Shown piece by piece: positions 29,750 to 41,758 of a stretch of 64,000 bases of DNA. The position numbers and the translations under genes were made by a program. The stretch is taken from the NCBI GenBank assembly GCA_037431425.1, contig GCA_037431425.1_4129.1; one strand, 5' to 3'. How positions within the stretch are numbered: position 1 is the first letter of the stretch; each line of letters starts with the position of its first letter. The notes under the pieces were generated by a model. It worked only from the letters and a program-made list of their open reading frames with translations. It ran no database searches and was not told the DNA's origin. The stretch is from a phage.

Positions 29750-29933
29750 GTTTATTTTTGAGGTACTTATTGCATTCATCGTATGTACGATATCTATTGC
29801 TATTTCTTTAATCCCAGTCATCATTTACCAAGTCTATGGTGGCACAGACCAAACAATTGATATGCTTCTTCGTTGTTTTGGTTTCTGTATATGGTTGATT
29901 ATGTTTATGTATTATATGCATATTGAGGACTGA
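29736..29933 (+). CDS. small membrane protein
   Basis: 65 aa, two hydrophobic segments. Confidence 0.5.
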   Translation: MEAIKFIFEVLIAFIVCTISIAISLIPVIIYQVYGGTDQTIDMLLRCFGFCIWLIMFMYYMHIED

Positions 29934-29935
29934 TT

Positions 29936-30766
29936 ATGTCATTGGAAAAATTAATCATTTCCGAATTCCGAAAGTACATCATGGATTGTGATAGAGATAT
30001 CCAGCGTAAATTCAATGAGTATCTTGACAAATATCCATATTTGATGTTTAATCCATTTGAAACTCAAACCGATGTCAAACTTGGATTTTACATTGGGTTT
30101 ACTCAACGAATTCTACAACAATATGAGATGAAACAAGCAGAGGTTTGGGTAGAAACTGATTCGAATGAGACGAATGTTTTTTACCTGTACTCTTATTATG
30201 CGGAAATTGTTAGTTCAATGACACTAGAAGGGTATCTATTCGTCAAAACATCTGATATTGAAAAAATATACATAGAACCTGTATCTTTGGATATGGTTGC
30301 CCAGCTTCCAACTATCCAGCAAATGGATGCGAATGAATTAACATATTCAGTATTTGAGTACCTTAATAGAGATGATTTAACTCAAGAAATTGAGAATATG
30401 GTTGCATCATATACTTCAACTCTTATATCTAATGGTTCACTTAGAATAGAACTGATTTACGACGATACTAGTACTAATGCAGTACGAGGTACTCGAATTG
30501 GAAAAGTTACTATACGTGTTGTCCACAATGATGTAGTACTTGGTTATATTTCGAAACGTGGTCATGACTTGTGTATGATTAACGCATATGTTATTGACCG
30601 AAAAGAATGGAACGATTTAATGCAAAAAATCGTAGACGGAAGTGGAATTCGTGATATAATGAGTAATGAAACAGTGATAATTAATCCTGATATTGACTGT
30701 GATGTATATTTTCCAGTTCCTGGATTTACACTACGTAATTTTGGTAAATTAAAGGATACAAAATGA
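29936..30766 (+). CDS. hypothetical protein
   Basis: 276 aa ORF. Confidence 0.6.
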   Translation: MSLEKLIISEFRKYIMDCDRDIQRKFNEYLDKYPYLMFNPFETQTDVKLGFYIGFTQRILQQYEMKQAEVWVETDSNETNVFYLYSYYAEIVSSMTLEGYLFVKTSDIEKIYIEPVSLDMVAQLPTIQQMDANELTYSVFEYLNRDDLTQEIENMVASYTSTLISNGSLRIELIYDDTSTNAVRGTRIGKVTIRVVHNDVVLGYISKRGHDLCMINAYVIDRKEWNDLMQKIVDGSGIRDIMSNETVIINPDIDCDVYFPVPGFTLRNFGKLKDTK

Positions 30767-31053
30767 AAATTTTAGAAGTTTTACTTGAAAAAGATGCATC
30801 TGGTACTCTTTATGTTGGTAATGATTTCAGTCCTGATCCAATTGATATGATGCAGCGTATTCAATCACTGACCCAATCAATTTCAGTTAAACAACCTTTC
30901 CTAAAAGAATTGGAAATTCATTGCGATAAAGACATGGAGCAGCATGATAATGTTATTTCTGATATCAAAAATCTGTTGACAAAGAACGGATATGTGGAGT
31001 ATAATCCTCCTATCGTAATCGTTATCCCTGGCTTCATGAGAGGAACATTGTAA
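30763..31053 (+). CDS. hypothetical protein
   Basis: 96 aa; overlapping start/stop. Confidence 0.5.
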   Translation: MKILEVLLEKDASGTLYVGNDFSPDPIDMMQRIQSLTQSISVKQPFLKELEIHCDKDMEQHDNVISDIKNLLTKNGYVEYNPPIVIVIPGFMRGTL

Positions 31054-31322
31054 TGACGAAAGAAGAAATGAAATCTCGCTTAAGCGAACTGAAGAAAGAA
31101 CGCAAACTAGTCCGTTTGGACTGGGACATTCTTAACAAAAAAGATGAGCAATCATATGCTAATTGGAGTTCTGATAAAGTTCGCAATGAACGTAGTAAAG
31201 AAGACAACAAACAGTTTATGGCACTGTCCAAGCGTTTATCTGCATTAAATAGTGAAATTACAGGTCTACAGAAAGAAATTATTTCGATTTTACGAGATGA
31301 GATTAAATCACTATATGAATAA
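31053..31322 (+). CDS. hypothetical coiled-coil protein
   Basis: 89 aa, charged helical. Confidence 0.5.
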   Translation: MTKEEMKSRLSELKKERKLVRLDWDILNKKDEQSYANWSSDKVRNERSKEDNKQFMALSKRLSALNSEITGLQKEIISILRDEIKSLYE

Positions 31323-31611
31323 ACATGAAGTATTAGTATTAGATAATAAATTCTATGTACCAAATAATGATAGTACTGAAACATATTATCTAATTAATAA
31401 AATTATGACTGAAACTAATACTTGTTGTCGTCAAATCCCAGGAAAATATGAGTTCAGTCAGTCTATTGGCTATTATCGTTATAATCCATTGGAATCATTT
31501 ACAATTGACGTGTTGAAAGTTATTGACATTCTTGTACAGAATGGGTATAATGAAAAACATGTAAATAACTCAGAATTACCAGTTTCAAAAATCGTTATTT
31601 CTAATAATTAG
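31315..31611 (+). CDS. hypothetical protein
   Basis: ATG 31315 overlapping upstream stop; track start 31252. Confidence 0.45.
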   Translation: MNKHEVLVLDNKFYVPNNDSTETYYLINKIMTETNTCCRQIPGKYEFSQSIGYYRYNPLESFTIDVLKVIDILVQNGYNEKHVNNSELPVSKIVISNN

Positions 31612-31613
31612 AG

Positions 31614-31642
31614 TTGGATAATAACAGATGATGTGATATAAT
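31614..31642 (+). promoter_or_regulatory. sigma70-type promoter (TTGGAT-17-TATAAT)
   Basis: -35-like and exact -10, 17-nt spacer. Confidence 0.5.
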
Positions 31643-31724
31643 GTTTTTATCGGCAGATGTTAAAATGCAAACCATTCCTCAATGATGAGGGTTTTTCATT
31701 AAAAAGAAATAAAAGGGTATTAAA

Positions 31725-31934
31725 ATGGCTAAAGAAATTCACGCACAAGTACTAGATATCACCGACTTCGACCGCACTGTGAACTACATTCAATTCCAGA
31801 TTCATCAAGCTGAAGAAGCTCTTGCTGCATTCCATGGTACTGGTGCAAGGCCAATCCGTTTTGCTCACCTAGTTGCATGGAAGAAAAGTCTACAAGAAGA
31901 ACTGTCTGAAATGCGTAAAGCAAATCGTAAGTAA
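31725..31934 (+). CDS. hypothetical protein
   Basis: 69 aa; RBS AAAGGG. Confidence 0.5.
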   Translation: MAKEIHAQVLDITDFDRTVNYIQFQIHQAEEALAAFHGTGARPIRFAHLVAWKKSLQEELSEMRKANRK

Positions 31935-31943
31935 TCTGTTTTC

Positions 31944-31970
31944 GCCCCATCAATTCTGGTGGGGCATTTT
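31944..31970 (+). terminator. intrinsic terminator
   Basis: GCCCCA...TGGGGC hairpin followed by ATTTT. Confidence 0.6.
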
Positions 31971-31997
31971 AATCACATAAATCAAGAGGATTAACAC

Positions 31998-32504
31998 ATG
32001 AGTATCGAGTATTGGTTTTTGTTTGTGTGTATTGGAACACTTGCATTAATTACAATTGGATTAATTTTTAATACAATGATTACTGGAAGTAAGTACTTTA
32101 AAACATTCCAGCTTTTAATGTCAGCTATGCCATATAGTGCAGAAGCCGAAAAAACAATTTCTCTAATTTTAGATAAGTTCGATGCAAATCTGTTAGTTGC
32201 GAAAATTTCGGATTGTGATACAAATATGGTATTTTATTCTACCGTCGATGAATCAGGTTCAAAATATGACAAATGTACATCTCCTATAGTTGCTGAAATT
32301 TTTATTGGTTCAAAATATTATGCTTACGGGTATGTAAGAAAATATTATTCCGAAGCAAAAGCTGAGTTGACGAAGAAACGCCCATCGGTAAAAACATTAA
32401 AACGTATCATTGCGTTGGAAAATAAACTTCGTGGAGAAATTAATACAAATGAACCACCATCAGTAATTAAATCAAAAAATAATATTGTCGTGGAGTTAGA
32501 ATGA
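31998..32504 (+). CDS. membrane-anchored hypothetical protein
   Basis: 168 aa; N-terminal TM; RBS AAGAGGA. Confidence 0.55.
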   Translation: MSIEYWFLFVCIGTLALITIGLIFNTMITGSKYFKTFQLLMSAMPYSAEAEKTISLILDKFDANLLVAKISDCDTNMVFYSTVDESGSKYDKCTSPIVAEIFIGSKYYAYGYVRKYYSEAKAELTKKRPSVKTLKRIIALENKLRGEINTNEPPSVIKSKNNIVVELE

Positions 32505-32505
32505 G

Positions 32506-32793
32506 ATGCAGCCTGAAAAATCAAAACAGATCCTTATTGATGTACAAGCTAAATTATTAGATGTTATGAAAATCATCGATGAGTTACCACAGGGTTATAA
32601 GTTCAAAGTTCGTGAGATGTTATCGTGTGCCGAAACTGTTGTTTCTATGTATGATGATGTGCAGAACGGAGTTATTCCTGATATTTTAAACGATGATGTA
32701 AATAATACCGAAGTGGAAGAGACGATCTCAGAAACAGAAAATGTATCTAATAAAAAAGTACTTGATATTAGTGGTATAAAAATTAATATCTAA
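32506..32793 (+). CDS. hypothetical protein
   Basis: 95 aa. Confidence 0.5.
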   Translation: MQPEKSKQILIDVQAKLLDVMKIIDELPQGYKFKVREMLSCAETVVSMYDDVQNGVIPDILNDDVNNTEVEETISETENVSNKKVLDISGIKINI

Positions 32794-32881
32794 AATATTC
32801 AATAAGAGAATTAATGAGTTATTAAATAGTTAGAGATCAAAACACATACATTCGCAGTTACGTCAAAAATCACTTTATATT

Positions 32882-32908
32882 ACCCAGTACTAGTACTGGG
32901 TATTTTTA
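32882..32908 (+). terminator. intrinsic terminator built on palindrome CCCAGTACTAGTACTGGG
   Basis: perfect inverted repeat followed by TATTTTTAT. Confidence 0.65.
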
Positions 32909-32920
32909 TAAGGATATAAA

Positions 32921-33313
32921 ATGACTAAATCTGAACTATATGAAATGATAGATTTCATTTATGAAATGGTACAGGATGAAAAACACATCAATACTATTGG
33001 ATCAGGTCCAAGACAAATTGGTAACCAAATGACATATTCTTTGTCCTTATGGTTACACCAACAATTCAATGTTGATTGTTTGTATTTCCGTCCTGATATT
33101 GGTGCATATTATTTTGTCAATTATGATGCACTAATGAAACAAAGCAAGCGACCAGTTGATGAATCATTTGTTACATACCCATTTTACCTTGCTGAATCAG
33201 AGGAAGATGAATTTCAAAAAGAAACCGTTTTAAGCAAAGGCGAAATTTGTATCCCTTACGCACTTAAAGATAAAATGATTTACATCACAGAAGTTATGAA
33301 AACATGCTGGTAA
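32921..33313 (+). CDS. hypothetical protein, possible divergent CtFQ-family member
   Basis: 130 aa; weak motif EEDEFQKETVLSKG. Confidence 0.5.
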   Translation: MTKSELYEMIDFIYEMVQDEKHINTIGSGPRQIGNQMTYSLSLWLHQQFNVDCLYFRPDIGAYYFVNYDALMKQSKRPVDESFVTYPFYLAESEEDEFQKETVLSKGEICIPYALKDKMIYITEVMKTCW

Positions 33314-33360
33314 GTGCAATGAAACTCAGATATAATACTATGACTTACTAAGGAGAACAT

Positions 33361-33930
33361 ATGAACTTTATTAAATTCAACACATCTGAGTCAGAAGCAT
33401 ACTTTAATACAAATAATAAATTTAATATTATTCTTAAAGACGGAACGGTTGTTATCGGAGTATCATTGCTTTCATTTGATGGCGAAAAACTCGAAACTGT
33501 TTATAAATTCACCAATCTTGATGGTGATTATTGGGATACATCAGATGTATCTAAAATTTGCACACATTATGTATTTGAATCTATTGAAGTTGGTGATGGC
33601 TGGGCATTGACCTGCAATGGTAATAAAGTATTTTCTGGTAACATATTTGGGGTAATTTCCAGTAAAGAAATAGTAGACCATCATCTTCATGTTCTCAATA
33701 ATAACGCCAACACTTATACACCTGATAATATCAAAATTCACGATATTGTAACATATATTGATTATAATGGTTTCAGACATAAAGCAATTGTAACTGAAAT
33801 TAAAAAACCAAAAAATTATTTCGATCACGGTTTGATTGAAGTATATATGGTAGGTGGCGAAAAACAATACTTTGAACATTTCACTTATACTGGTTGGGAT
33901 AGATTCCTAACCGTTATTGAGGAATACTAA
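33361..33930 (+). CDS. hypothetical protein
   Basis: 189 aa; RBS AAGGAGAA. Confidence 0.6.
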   Translation: MNFIKFNTSESEAYFNTNNKFNIILKDGTVVIGVSLLSFDGEKLETVYKFTNLDGDYWDTSDVSKICTHYVFESIEVGDGWALTCNGNKVFSGNIFGVISSKEIVDHHLHVLNNNANTYTPDNIKIHDIVTYIDYNGFRHKAIVTEIKKPKNYFDHGLIEVYMVGGEKQYFEHFTYTGWDRFLTVIEEY

Positions 33931-33931
33931 C

Positions 33932-34420
33932 ATGCCGATTCGTGGTGTACCAGACCCAATACGTGAAATTCTTAAGCACATTCGCATTGAAACACTAGAA
34001 GTTAACATGCGTCGTTATAATATATATTACTTTAAAACTTCCGAAATGAGTTCTGTACAGATTGTCATTGGTACATCTATTAAGATTACTCGTGTACTTG
34101 ATGGCAGTACTGACTTTGTTGAATACAACGTACTTACTAATAAAGTAACACATACATATAAATGGAGTGGATATAAAACTATTAAATATGAGTTTGACTT
34201 AGCTAGAACCGAAGAAGAACGATTCATGTTGAGTACTATAAATCCAGAAAACTATCCTGACATTGATACATTTTTGCTAATTTTAAAATTGTATAATAAA
34301 GCAAATGAGAAAGCTAAAGAGTACAATAGAATCATGTATGAACGCAAAAAAGAACGTGTACAAAAAAGTTATGATCTGTATGATAACCCATACGTGAAAT
34401 ATAGTAAGGGAAAGAAATGA
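33932..34420 (+). CDS. CtFQ-family small protein
   Basis: motif EEERFMLSTINPEN; ATG 33932 just after upstream stop. Confidence 0.55.
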   Translation: MPIRGVPDPIREILKHIRIETLEVNMRRYNIYYFKTSEMSSVQIVIGTSIKITRVLDGSTDFVEYNVLTNKVTHTYKWSGYKTIKYEFDLARTEEERFMLSTINPENYPDIDTFLLILKLYNKANEKAKEYNRIMYERKKERVQKSYDLYDNPYVKYSKGKK

Positions 34421-34821
34421 ATAATGAAGTTCAAATTATCATTACTCCACCTATACAAAGTCTGGATGTAACCATTAGTGATTTTTTGGAAAAATACTAT
34501 GAATGGTTTAATGAAGATTCAGTCATTTATAACCATTCATTACCTGATGGTTTCGTTGAGCTTATTGAATTAAATGCCAAATCACTATACTTCTGTGTTG
34601 AATACAATGATTATATGACAGATGAAGCATATCGTTTTCGTTGTACATTGTATCCTAACCATTTTTCCATTGGTTATAAAGACTATCAGTACTGCACCAC
34701 AAACTATAGTGTAGAGGAAGAATTTCAGTACAATTTACTTTATCCTGATTTAGATTATACGATTGCAGTACTGTTGACTAAAATCATGGATTTTTATAAA
34801 GATAAATATAATGCAGCCTAA
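34417..34821 (+). CDS. CtFQ-family small protein
   Basis: 134 aa; motif EEEFQYNLLYPDL. Confidence 0.5.
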   Translation: MNNEVQIIITPPIQSLDVTISDFLEKYYEWFNEDSVIYNHSLPDGFVELIELNAKSLYFCVEYNDYMTDEAYRFRCTLYPNHFSIGYKDYQYCTTNYSVEEEFQYNLLYPDLDYTIAVLLTKIMDFYKDKYNAA

Positions 34822-34996
34822 GACATTCGATGAGTGGTATCAAATACATTACAATATAAATGCAGCAGATATATACTATTTTAAGCTTGAATTGTATATA
34901 TCATTGCGTGACCCAGTTGAGTACTATAACAACATTATCAATTGTGATGATTTTGGTACATATTTTAGTATTGCAGTTATGGATAAAATAAGATGA
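34811..34996 (+). CDS. hypothetical protein
   Basis: 61 aa. Confidence 0.45.
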   Translation: MQPKTFDEWYQIHYNINAADIYYFKLELYISLRDPVEYYNNIINCDDFGTYFSIAVMDKIR

Positions 34997-35163
34997 CACA
35001 CAAAGAATGGTTAGATGAACTAAAGTTCAAACATGATCATTTTGGCCTTGGTATACGCCAGAGTCATTATGATGTGTTAAAAGATAAACAACTTTTCAAA
35101 TCATTAGTACTTGATGAGGATAGTAATCACTGGTACATCTATGAGCTTGCGGTTAGAGATTAG
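34993..35163 (+). CDS. MTHEEW-family small protein (56 aa)
   Basis: not in track; MTHKEWLDELKFKH... N-terminus homologous to tandem small ORFs at 36249-36735. Confidence 0.45.
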   Translation: MTHKEWLDELKFKHDHFGLGIRQSHYDVLKDKQLFKSLVLDEDSNHWYIYELAVRD

Positions 35164-35173
35164 AAGATATAGT

Positions 35174-35466
<293 letters not shown>

Positions 35467-35473
35467 TTTTTCA

Positions 35474-35501
35474 TTGACAACCTCAGTATATTTGCTATAA
35501 T
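35474..35501 (+). promoter_or_regulatory. sigma70-type promoter (TTGACA-16-TATAAT)
   Basis: consensus hexamers upstream of 35536 gene. Confidence 0.65.
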
Positions 35502-35535
35502 CACTTCAGATGAATAAATCCACGAGGTATCCAAA

Positions 35536-35736
35536 ATGACAAAAGCAGAACTTGTTGCATTATTGGAATCATACCCTGATGATGCATGTATTGAAATTGT
35601 ACATACTACACGACATTTTGACATTGAAGATGTAGTACGTTATAATGATAAAGGTGTACTAATCATGGAACTGTGTATTGGTGAAGTGAAAACTGTACCT
35701 GAATCAGAAAAACGTAAAAAAATTAATCAGGAGTAA
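35536..35736 (+). CDS. hypothetical protein
   Basis: 66 aa. Confidence 0.5.
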   Translation: MTKAELVALLESYPDDACIEIVHTTRHFDIEDVVRYNDKGVLIMELCIGEVKTVPESEKRKKINQE

Positions 35737-35740
35737 TATT

Positions 35741-36013
35741 ATGCATTTTGAAAAATTCAACACAAGTCGTGACACACGCATTGATGCTCTTTATGAAACC
35801 CAAGACTCAATTAGTATTCGTACACGTAGTGGTGATGTATATCATGACTGTACTATTGGTTGGGAACAGGGAAGAACACGTAGTGCAGAATTCGATAACT
35901 ATCGCTTCTACCAAGGGGACATCACAATCTGGCCTGAAGACGTAGAAGATATTGCAATTGAAGATGAACATAAAGATGAATTTATCAAATTTAATCCCGA
36001 AACCGAATCATAA
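35741..36013 (+). CDS. hypothetical protein
   Basis: 90 aa; RBS AGGAG. Confidence 0.55.
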   Translation: MHFEKFNTSRDTRIDALYETQDSISIRTRSGDVYHDCTIGWEQGRTRSAEFDNYRFYQGDITIWPEDVEDIAIEDEHKDEFIKFNPETES

Positions 36014-36027
36014 ATAACGGGACAACA

Positions 36028-36143
<116 letters not shown>

Positions 36144-36150
36144 CAAAAGA

Positions 36151-36224
36151 CGGGGTATAGCACAATTGGATAGTGCAAGAGAATTCTAATCTCTAGGTTG
36201 GGGGTTCAAGTCCCTCTACCTCGG
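36151..36224 (+). tRNA. tRNA-Arg (anticodon UCU)
   Basis: manual fold: acceptor CGGGGTA/TACCTCG, anticodon stem AGAGA/TCTCT, loop ATTCTAA, T-loop TTCAAGT. Confidence 0.75.
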
Positions 36225-36248
36225 CCTACTTCAATTAAAGGTTAAACC

Positions 36249-36413
36249 ATGACGCATGAAGAATGGATGAATGACATTAATTTTAGATATGCAGGTATCG
36301 GTAACTGGAGAAAGTATCATTGGGAAATCATATCAGACCCAGCAGAATACGATAAACTTATGAATCATGAAGTGTATCCGTGGTTCTTTATTGAAATAAT
36401 GGTACGATTATGA
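36249..36413 (+). CDS. MTHEEW-family small protein (54 aa), tandem copy 1
   Basis: not in track; MTHEEWMNDINFRYAGIG... Confidence 0.45.
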   Translation: MTHEEWMNDINFRYAGIGNWRKYHWEIISDPAEYDKLMNHEVYPWFFIEIMVRL

Positions 36414-36570
36414 CACATGAAGAATGGATGAATGACATTAATTTTAGATATTCGGGTATCGGTAAATGGCTAAAGTATCATTGGGAATTCATTTCAGAGC
36501 CACATCTGTATGATAAACTTATCAACGATTCTGCATATAAAATGTACTTAATTGAACTACTGGTACGAAC

Positions 36571-36574
<4 letters not shown>
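36410..36574 (+). CDS. MTHEEW-family small protein (54 aa), tandem copy 2
   Basis: MTHEEWMNDINFRYSGIG...; start overlaps upstream stop. Confidence 0.45.
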
Positions 36575-36743
<169 letters not shown>

Positions 36744-36747
36744 AATC

Positions 36748-37188
<441 letters not shown>

Positions 37189-37216
37189 GTATCTTAACAA
37201 CAGAAGGTATATTGAA

Positions 37217-37456
37217 ATGGGTAAGTATTTTGTGAGTTATAGTTATAATGTATCACGAAAGATTCCACGCGGTGACGGAATGGGATGGTCTTATGATGCA
37301 TATACTTTAAATGAGTCATGTATCATCGAATTACAAGAAAAAGACCTTGACATTTTAAAAATCAAACAATATATTCTTGATGTTGAATTGGCACATCGTA
37401 CTGATACCTATCCAGATGTAAACAACATCAGCATCTTAGTACTAACCAAAGTATAA
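37217..37456 (+). CDS. hypothetical protein
   Basis: ATG 37217 after AGAAGG RBS; track start 37187. Confidence 0.5.
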   Translation: MGKYFVSYSYNVSRKIPRGDGMGWSYDAYTLNESCIIELQEKDLDILKIKQYILDVELAHRTDTYPDVNNISILVLTKV

Positions 37457-37526
37457 GATAAAAAGAACTTTACTAAATAATTCCACTGGAGATTAATATG
37501 TTTAAAGATGAACGTCCAGATTTGTA

Positions 37527-37565
<39 letters not shown>

Positions 37566-37571
37566 GAATTC

Positions 37572-37925
37572 CACAATCAGACGTATATGGTGTAAGTTAC
37601 GTCGATGCTATCCAGAACAAGATCTCTGGTACTCTAGGAAGTGGTGAATGTTAACCTAGACGGGTTTGATAATTGGACGATAGGCAATTATTACTTGACT
37701 AGCAGGTTGAAACTAGAGGTGACAGTCCTTCACCAAACTGGAAAGCCGGATGGACTTTTATTTAAAAGGGTAAGGCGTGGAAATATGTTTACTGTAGTTG
37801 CTTTTAGTAGCCTGTACGCCCCACGTCAAGGTAGTCGAAAGGCAAGTTAAAACGGGTGGTTATAAAGCTGAATTAACAGCGGCGTTTAAAAGCGTCACCA
37901 TCCATTTTTTTAATTAAAGTTGGCT
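37572..37925 (+). ncRNA. candidate structured noncoding RNA (unclassified)
   Basis: noticeably more GC-rich than flanks; only a poor 69-codon ORF; directly downstream of consensus promoter; inside tRNA cluster. Confidence 0.3.
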
Positions 37926-37927
37926 AT

Positions 37928-38295
<368 letters not shown>

Positions 38296-38305
<10 letters not shown>

Positions 38306-38324
38306 TATTCAGTACTGATATAAT
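38296..38324 (+). promoter_or_regulatory. sigma70-type promoter (TGGACA-17-TATAAT) for tRNA-Ser
   Basis: -10 ends 6 nt before tRNA 5' end; spacer contains TTCAGTACTG. Confidence 0.55.
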
Positions 38325-38330
38325 TAATTT

Positions 38331-38417
<87 letters not shown>

Positions 38418-38429
38418 TAAATTGTTCCA

Positions 38430-38516
<87 letters not shown>

Positions 38517-38566
38517 CTGATATTGTTATTATATGAGTTCTAACGATAATGAAACACTAGGAACAT

Positions 38567-38737
<171 letters not shown>

Positions 38738-38761
38738 ACGAAATTACAATAGGAAATTAAA

Positions 38762-38947
38762 ATGCAACTTTTAATTCTTTCAATATTGTATATTATTATA
38801 ATGGTTCCGATATCAATACGTTTAATTACAGTTGAACGATTTTTATCGAAACATGGAAATAGATCTATGATATTTGTACCAATCGGGTTGATATTGTTTG
38901 GTATATTTTCATTTATAATGGGAATTAACGCTACATTCATTTCATAG
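38762..38947 (+). CDS. small membrane protein
   Basis: 61 aa, two hydrophobic helices; RBS AGGAAA. Confidence 0.5.
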   Translation: MQLLILSILYIIIMVPISIRLITVERFLSKHGNRSMIFVPIGLILFGIFSFIMGINATFIS

Positions 38948-38956
38948 GAAACAAAT

Positions 38957-39214
<258 letters not shown>

Positions 39215-39316
39215 ATAAAAAGAACGAAAAGTAGACGGTCGTATTCAGTACTGAATCACCAGGGGAGGTTGTGATTCCCGATTCAGTAGCTTAAAAGCAG
39301 ACCCGTATGTGCCTAA

Positions 39317-39369
<53 letters not shown>

Positions 39370-39370
39370 T

Positions 39371-39416
<46 letters not shown>

Positions 39417-39417
39417 T

Positions 39418-39551
<134 letters not shown>

Positions 39552-39553
39552 TA

Positions 39554-39737
<184 letters not shown>

Positions 39738-39817
39738 TAAATAATACAGTAAGATGGCCTCCCCTCCATATCATGAGAGTATAGAGACTTGTTGGTTATC
39801 TTACTTTTAAACAAACT

Positions 39818-39891
39818 GCCTCAATAGCAAAATTGGTAATGCACACGTTTTGTAAGCGTGAGATTTTTCCGTTCGAGTCGGAATTGGGGCA
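39818..39891 (+). tRNA. tRNA-Thr (anticodon UGU)
   Basis: manual fold: acceptor GCCTCAA/TTGGGGC (one GU), anticodon stem CACGT/GCGTG, loop TTTGTAA, T-arm TTCCG-TTCGAGT-CGGAA; variable loop 6 nt (slightly atypical). Confidence 0.65.
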
Positions 39892-39908
39892 CAAAATAAA
39901 GGCACACT

Positions 39909-40325
39909 ATGACATACAATATTGTTAAAATGGTGAACTATGTATTAAAAAACAACTCATGGTCACTGCATGATGTACAATTAGAAGATATTGGTGAAGT
40001 TAGAGTATTTTGCTATGATGACGATTTGAACGAAACCACTGATTTGAGTAAATGTTTTAATATTTTTCTTGGTTATGAAATCAATAATCATTTTTATTCA
40101 TTTGATGTGTATTTTGAACGAGTTAAAATCAGAATTGCTAATGTAAATAGTGATTATTATGACACTAGAATTGAATTGAATTTTGATGATATAGATACTG
40201 AAGAAAAATTCTTTCAGTACTGTCTCGTAAACGATCTAAATGGATTGACATTTGAGGACATTAAAGCTATACTTAAAGTTCAAAGATTGATACCAGAAGA
40301 GGTTCTAAATCCCTTTAATGACTAG
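39909..40325 (+). CDS. CtFQ-family small protein
   Basis: 138 aa; motif EEKFFQYCLVNDL. Confidence 0.6.
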   Translation: MTYNIVKMVNYVLKNNSWSLHDVQLEDIGEVRVFCYDDDLNETTDLSKCFNIFLGYEINNHFYSFDVYFERVKIRIANVNSDYYDTRIELNFDDIDTEEKFFQYCLVNDLNGLTFEDIKAILKVQRLIPEEVLNPFND

Positions 40326-40683
40326 TTTAATAACTCGTATAATGCAAGATGTTCGTAAGAATCTTTATACTGGTAATTTTGATGATCCTAACATAAAAAT
40401 ATTATGTTATGATGGATTCACACTGGTACATCCATCAGAATCTAATAATATATACATAGCATATACTTCTCCTAATCTTTTGTATCAATTTGATTTATAT
40501 AGTACATTAGCGAAAGTAATCTTAGATGTTTCAAAGGAGCCAATTTTTATAGCAGTACGTGATATTGAGTACACAGAAGAATCATTATTCCAGTACTCAA
40601 CGATAAATGACATTGGTGGGTTGACATTGGATGAGGTTAATGCTATAATAGCAGTCTCACGTTTGATTGATACTCACAATTAG
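40318..40683 (+). CDS. CtFQ-family small protein
   Basis: 121 aa; motif EESLFQYSTINDI. Confidence 0.6.
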   Translation: MTSLITRIMQDVRKNLYTGNFDDPNIKILCYDGFTLVHPSESNNIYIAYTSPNLLYQFDLYSTLAKVILDVSKEPIFIAVRDIEYTEESLFQYSTINDIGGLTLDEVNAIIAVSRLIDTHN

Positions 40684-40692
40684 GAGATTCAT

Positions 40693-40884
40693 ATGTTCTG
40701 GAATTTATTATGCTTGTTTGGTCGTACATTAGTTCTTGCAATTATTCATACACCTGGCATTCGTAATTATGTTTCTTATGAATTTAAGAAAAATTATCAC
40801 AACAATACTGAAGATCGTGCAACTAAGATGTGCAAAGACTTCAATGTAGATGTTCCACCATTCAAGAAGTACGAGGATGAATAA
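40693..40884 (+). CDS. hypothetical protein
   Basis: 63 aa; RBS AGGAG. Confidence 0.5.
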   Translation: MFWNLLCLFGRTLVLAIIHTPGIRNYVSYEFKKNYHNNTEDRATKMCKDFNVDVPPFKKYEDE

Positions 40885-41168
40885 TGGAATTTATTGTTGC
40901 ACCTGATGAACTAAAAACATTCACGTTCCGAGACAATAACAATTATCCTTATACAAATCATTCATTGAATTCATTACATGTTATTTCAATCATTGCATCT
41001 GAATACAGAGACAATCCATGTATTGATTTTAAAACCACTGATGGTGAATATACATGGGTGATCCCAAAAGATAAATATAGTTATCAAGGGGCAGTAGAAA
41101 TTCGCGACTCGATTCTACAGCAAATTGAAGATGGACATACTCATCCTAAACTAAACATTCAGTACTGA
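40884..41168 (+). CDS. hypothetical protein
   Basis: 94 aa; RBS GAGGA; overlapping stop/start. Confidence 0.55.
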   Translation: MEFIVAPDELKTFTFRDNNNYPYTNHSLNSLHVISIIASEYRDNPCIDFKTTDGEYTWVIPKDKYSYQGAVEIRDSILQQIEDGHTHPKLNIQY

Positions 41169-41285
41169 AATCGCTTATCAGAATAACTTCTAATAATAAT
41201 TATTTTTCTCTACTATCTAACAGTATTTTACAAGAATTCTGTATTTTTGAAGTTGATTTTTGAACTTCTTATATGTTATACTTAC

Positions 41286-41315
41286 GGCTGATTCAATTAT
41301 GAATCAGCCTTTTTT
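41286..41315 (+). terminator. intrinsic terminator
   Basis: GGCTGATTCA-atta-TGAATCAGCC followed by TTTTTT. Confidence 0.75.
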
Positions 41316-41333
41316 CTTATGAGGATTAATATA

Positions 41334-41750
41334 ATGAACAGAGAAGTTATTAGTTTAATGGATGAGTATATAAACCAAACGCATCGTTTGATATTTTTAA
41401 ATGAATTCGAGTCCAGAACAACGTATCATTCTGGAGAATATGAGATAACGACTGGATCATTTCTGAACGGATATATGGAGTTTTTTGAACAAAGCGATAA
41501 TGTTTTTATTTCCATATCTGAAAAACATGGTGATGGTTGTGTTATTGATGTATGGCCCAATAAAGTAGAGATTGATACTTCACACAAAATTGTAATTGAT
41601 GTAGACGAATCATTATATGATTTAACTGAAGATATGTATATGCAGCTAAATTTTGTATATGACCTAACTAATATAAGTTATTGTAATTTAAGTAAATTAT
41701 TTTATATTTGTGGTGTATTACATAATAATACACAACAAAATAAAGGATAA
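41334..41750 (+). CDS. CtFQ-family small protein (divergent)
   Basis: motif EDMYMQLNFVYDL; ATG 41334 after GAGGA RBS. Confidence 0.5.
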   Translation: MNREVISLMDEYINQTHRLIFLNEFESRTTYHSGEYEITTGSFLNGYMEFFEQSDNVFISISEKHGDGCVIDVWPNKVEIDTSHKIVIDVDESLYDLTEDMYMQLNFVYDLTNISYCNLSKLFYICGVLHNNTQQNKG

Positions 41751-41758
41751 ACATTTAA

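Noticed and set aside
37641-37850. 69-codon ORF in the promoter-driven GC-rich region
   Set aside because: Atypical composition for this genome, no RBS, lies in a region better explained as noncoding RNA
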